From the NCBI GenBank assembly GCA_964525635.1, contig CAZGJX010000031.1, forward strand, positions 1-38,067: 38,067 nt of DNA. The letters run 5' to 3'. The position numbers and the translations under genes are program-made. Source of the stretch: an uncultured archaeon. Its GTDB lineage: Archaea; Asgardarchaeota; Lokiarchaeia; Sigyniarchaeales; SOKP01. This document shows positions 37,504 through 38,067 of this stretch, one piece after another; position 1 is the first letter of the stretch; each line of letters opens with the position of its first letter. A model generated the notes under the pieces. That model had not been told where the DNA came from. It did not search any database and saw only the letters and a list, made by a program, of their open reading frames with translations.

Positions 37504-38067
37504 ATGAATAAAGAATTAAAAAATAGTTTTCCAATGTTCTTTTCAAACTTAAAAAAGAAATTTCCTAAATTCTATTCAAAACTAAAAAATCGATAAGATA
37601 TTGAAAATATATTAAATCCATTAAATGAAACTCAAATTAAAGATTTGGAATCAGATTTAAATATAAAATTGCCAGATTCTTATAAAGAATTTCTTAGATG
37701 CATAAGGGGATTTTGGCTACTTGGTGGGAGTGTTCAAATTAGTGAAATACATCCTTTTTTTCATAATTTTCCCCAAAAAGAGCAATTAACCTCAAGACAA
37801 TTAAAATTAATAAAAATTAAAGGTGGAAAATGGCCTCCACCAAGTCAAGGAATGTTGTGTTTTGCAGAATTCTTTATGGAGGCTGACGGTGATCAAGTAC
37901 TTTTTGATGTAAGTAAAGGTTTGAACGATGGAGAATATCCCGTATTTTATTATTCTCATGAAAATAATCCACCGTTGCAAAAAATCTGGACATTATTGGA
38001 CATCCAGCTTGGGGGCCAACAACGGACGGCCTCGAGAATGACATGTAATCATCTCGAAATGCAAATG
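37504..38067 (+). pseudogene. SMI1/KNR4 (SUKH) family gene with internal stop, open at the window end
   Basis: ATG 37504, in-frame TAA 37594-37596, then PLNETQIKDLESDLNIKLPDSYKEFL...CFAEFFMEADGDQVLFD...GEYPVFYYSHE. No stop before the end of the window. Confidence 0.72.

Noticed and set aside
16497-37596. Stop-codon reassignment suggested by in-frame TGA (16497) and TAA (37594)
   Set aside because: Intact genes end normally in TAA, TAG and TGA, and the affected genes show other decay or disruption.
1-38067. tRNA, rRNA or CRISPR arrays
   Set aside because: No GC-rich structured RNA segments or repeat-spacer arrays were seen by eye.

Overview
Very AT-rich prokaryotic window that appears archaeal. 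Support: archaeal-type cobY, cbiZ and cobT, GGTGA/GGAG ribosome-binding sites, and PIN-domain toxin-antitoxin pairs. An Asgard/Lokiarchaeia-like origin is my inference, not a search result. From left to right: (1) a CheB-CheR-PAS-histidine kinase fusion; (2) a divergent pair of large secreted glycoside hydrolases, PKD-CBM-PKD-GH5-dockerin and GH9-CBM3c-FN3-FN3-CBM3-Ig-dockerin, with near-identical dockerins; (3) an accessory stretch with an EFR1 ferredoxin, two methyltransferases, a membrane protein with an HxlR regulator, vapBC, an alpha/beta hydrolase and several gene relics (corA, an immunity-like gene, IS605/tnpB); (4) a FecCD/Btu-type ABC operon ending in a TrmO-FmdE fusion; (5) a complete cobinamide salvage/remodelling cluster (btuFCD, cobD, Cys-rich protein, cbiP, cbiB, cbiZ, cobS, cobY, cobC, divergent cobT); (6) an AbrB-PIN toxin-antitoxin pair and a disrupted SMI1/KNR4 gene at the window end. 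The strongest candidate for an undescribed system is the dockerin-bearing cellulase pair, which suggests a cellulosome-like apparatus in an archaeon. No cohesin is present in this window. All family calls come from motif recognition only; no searches were run.
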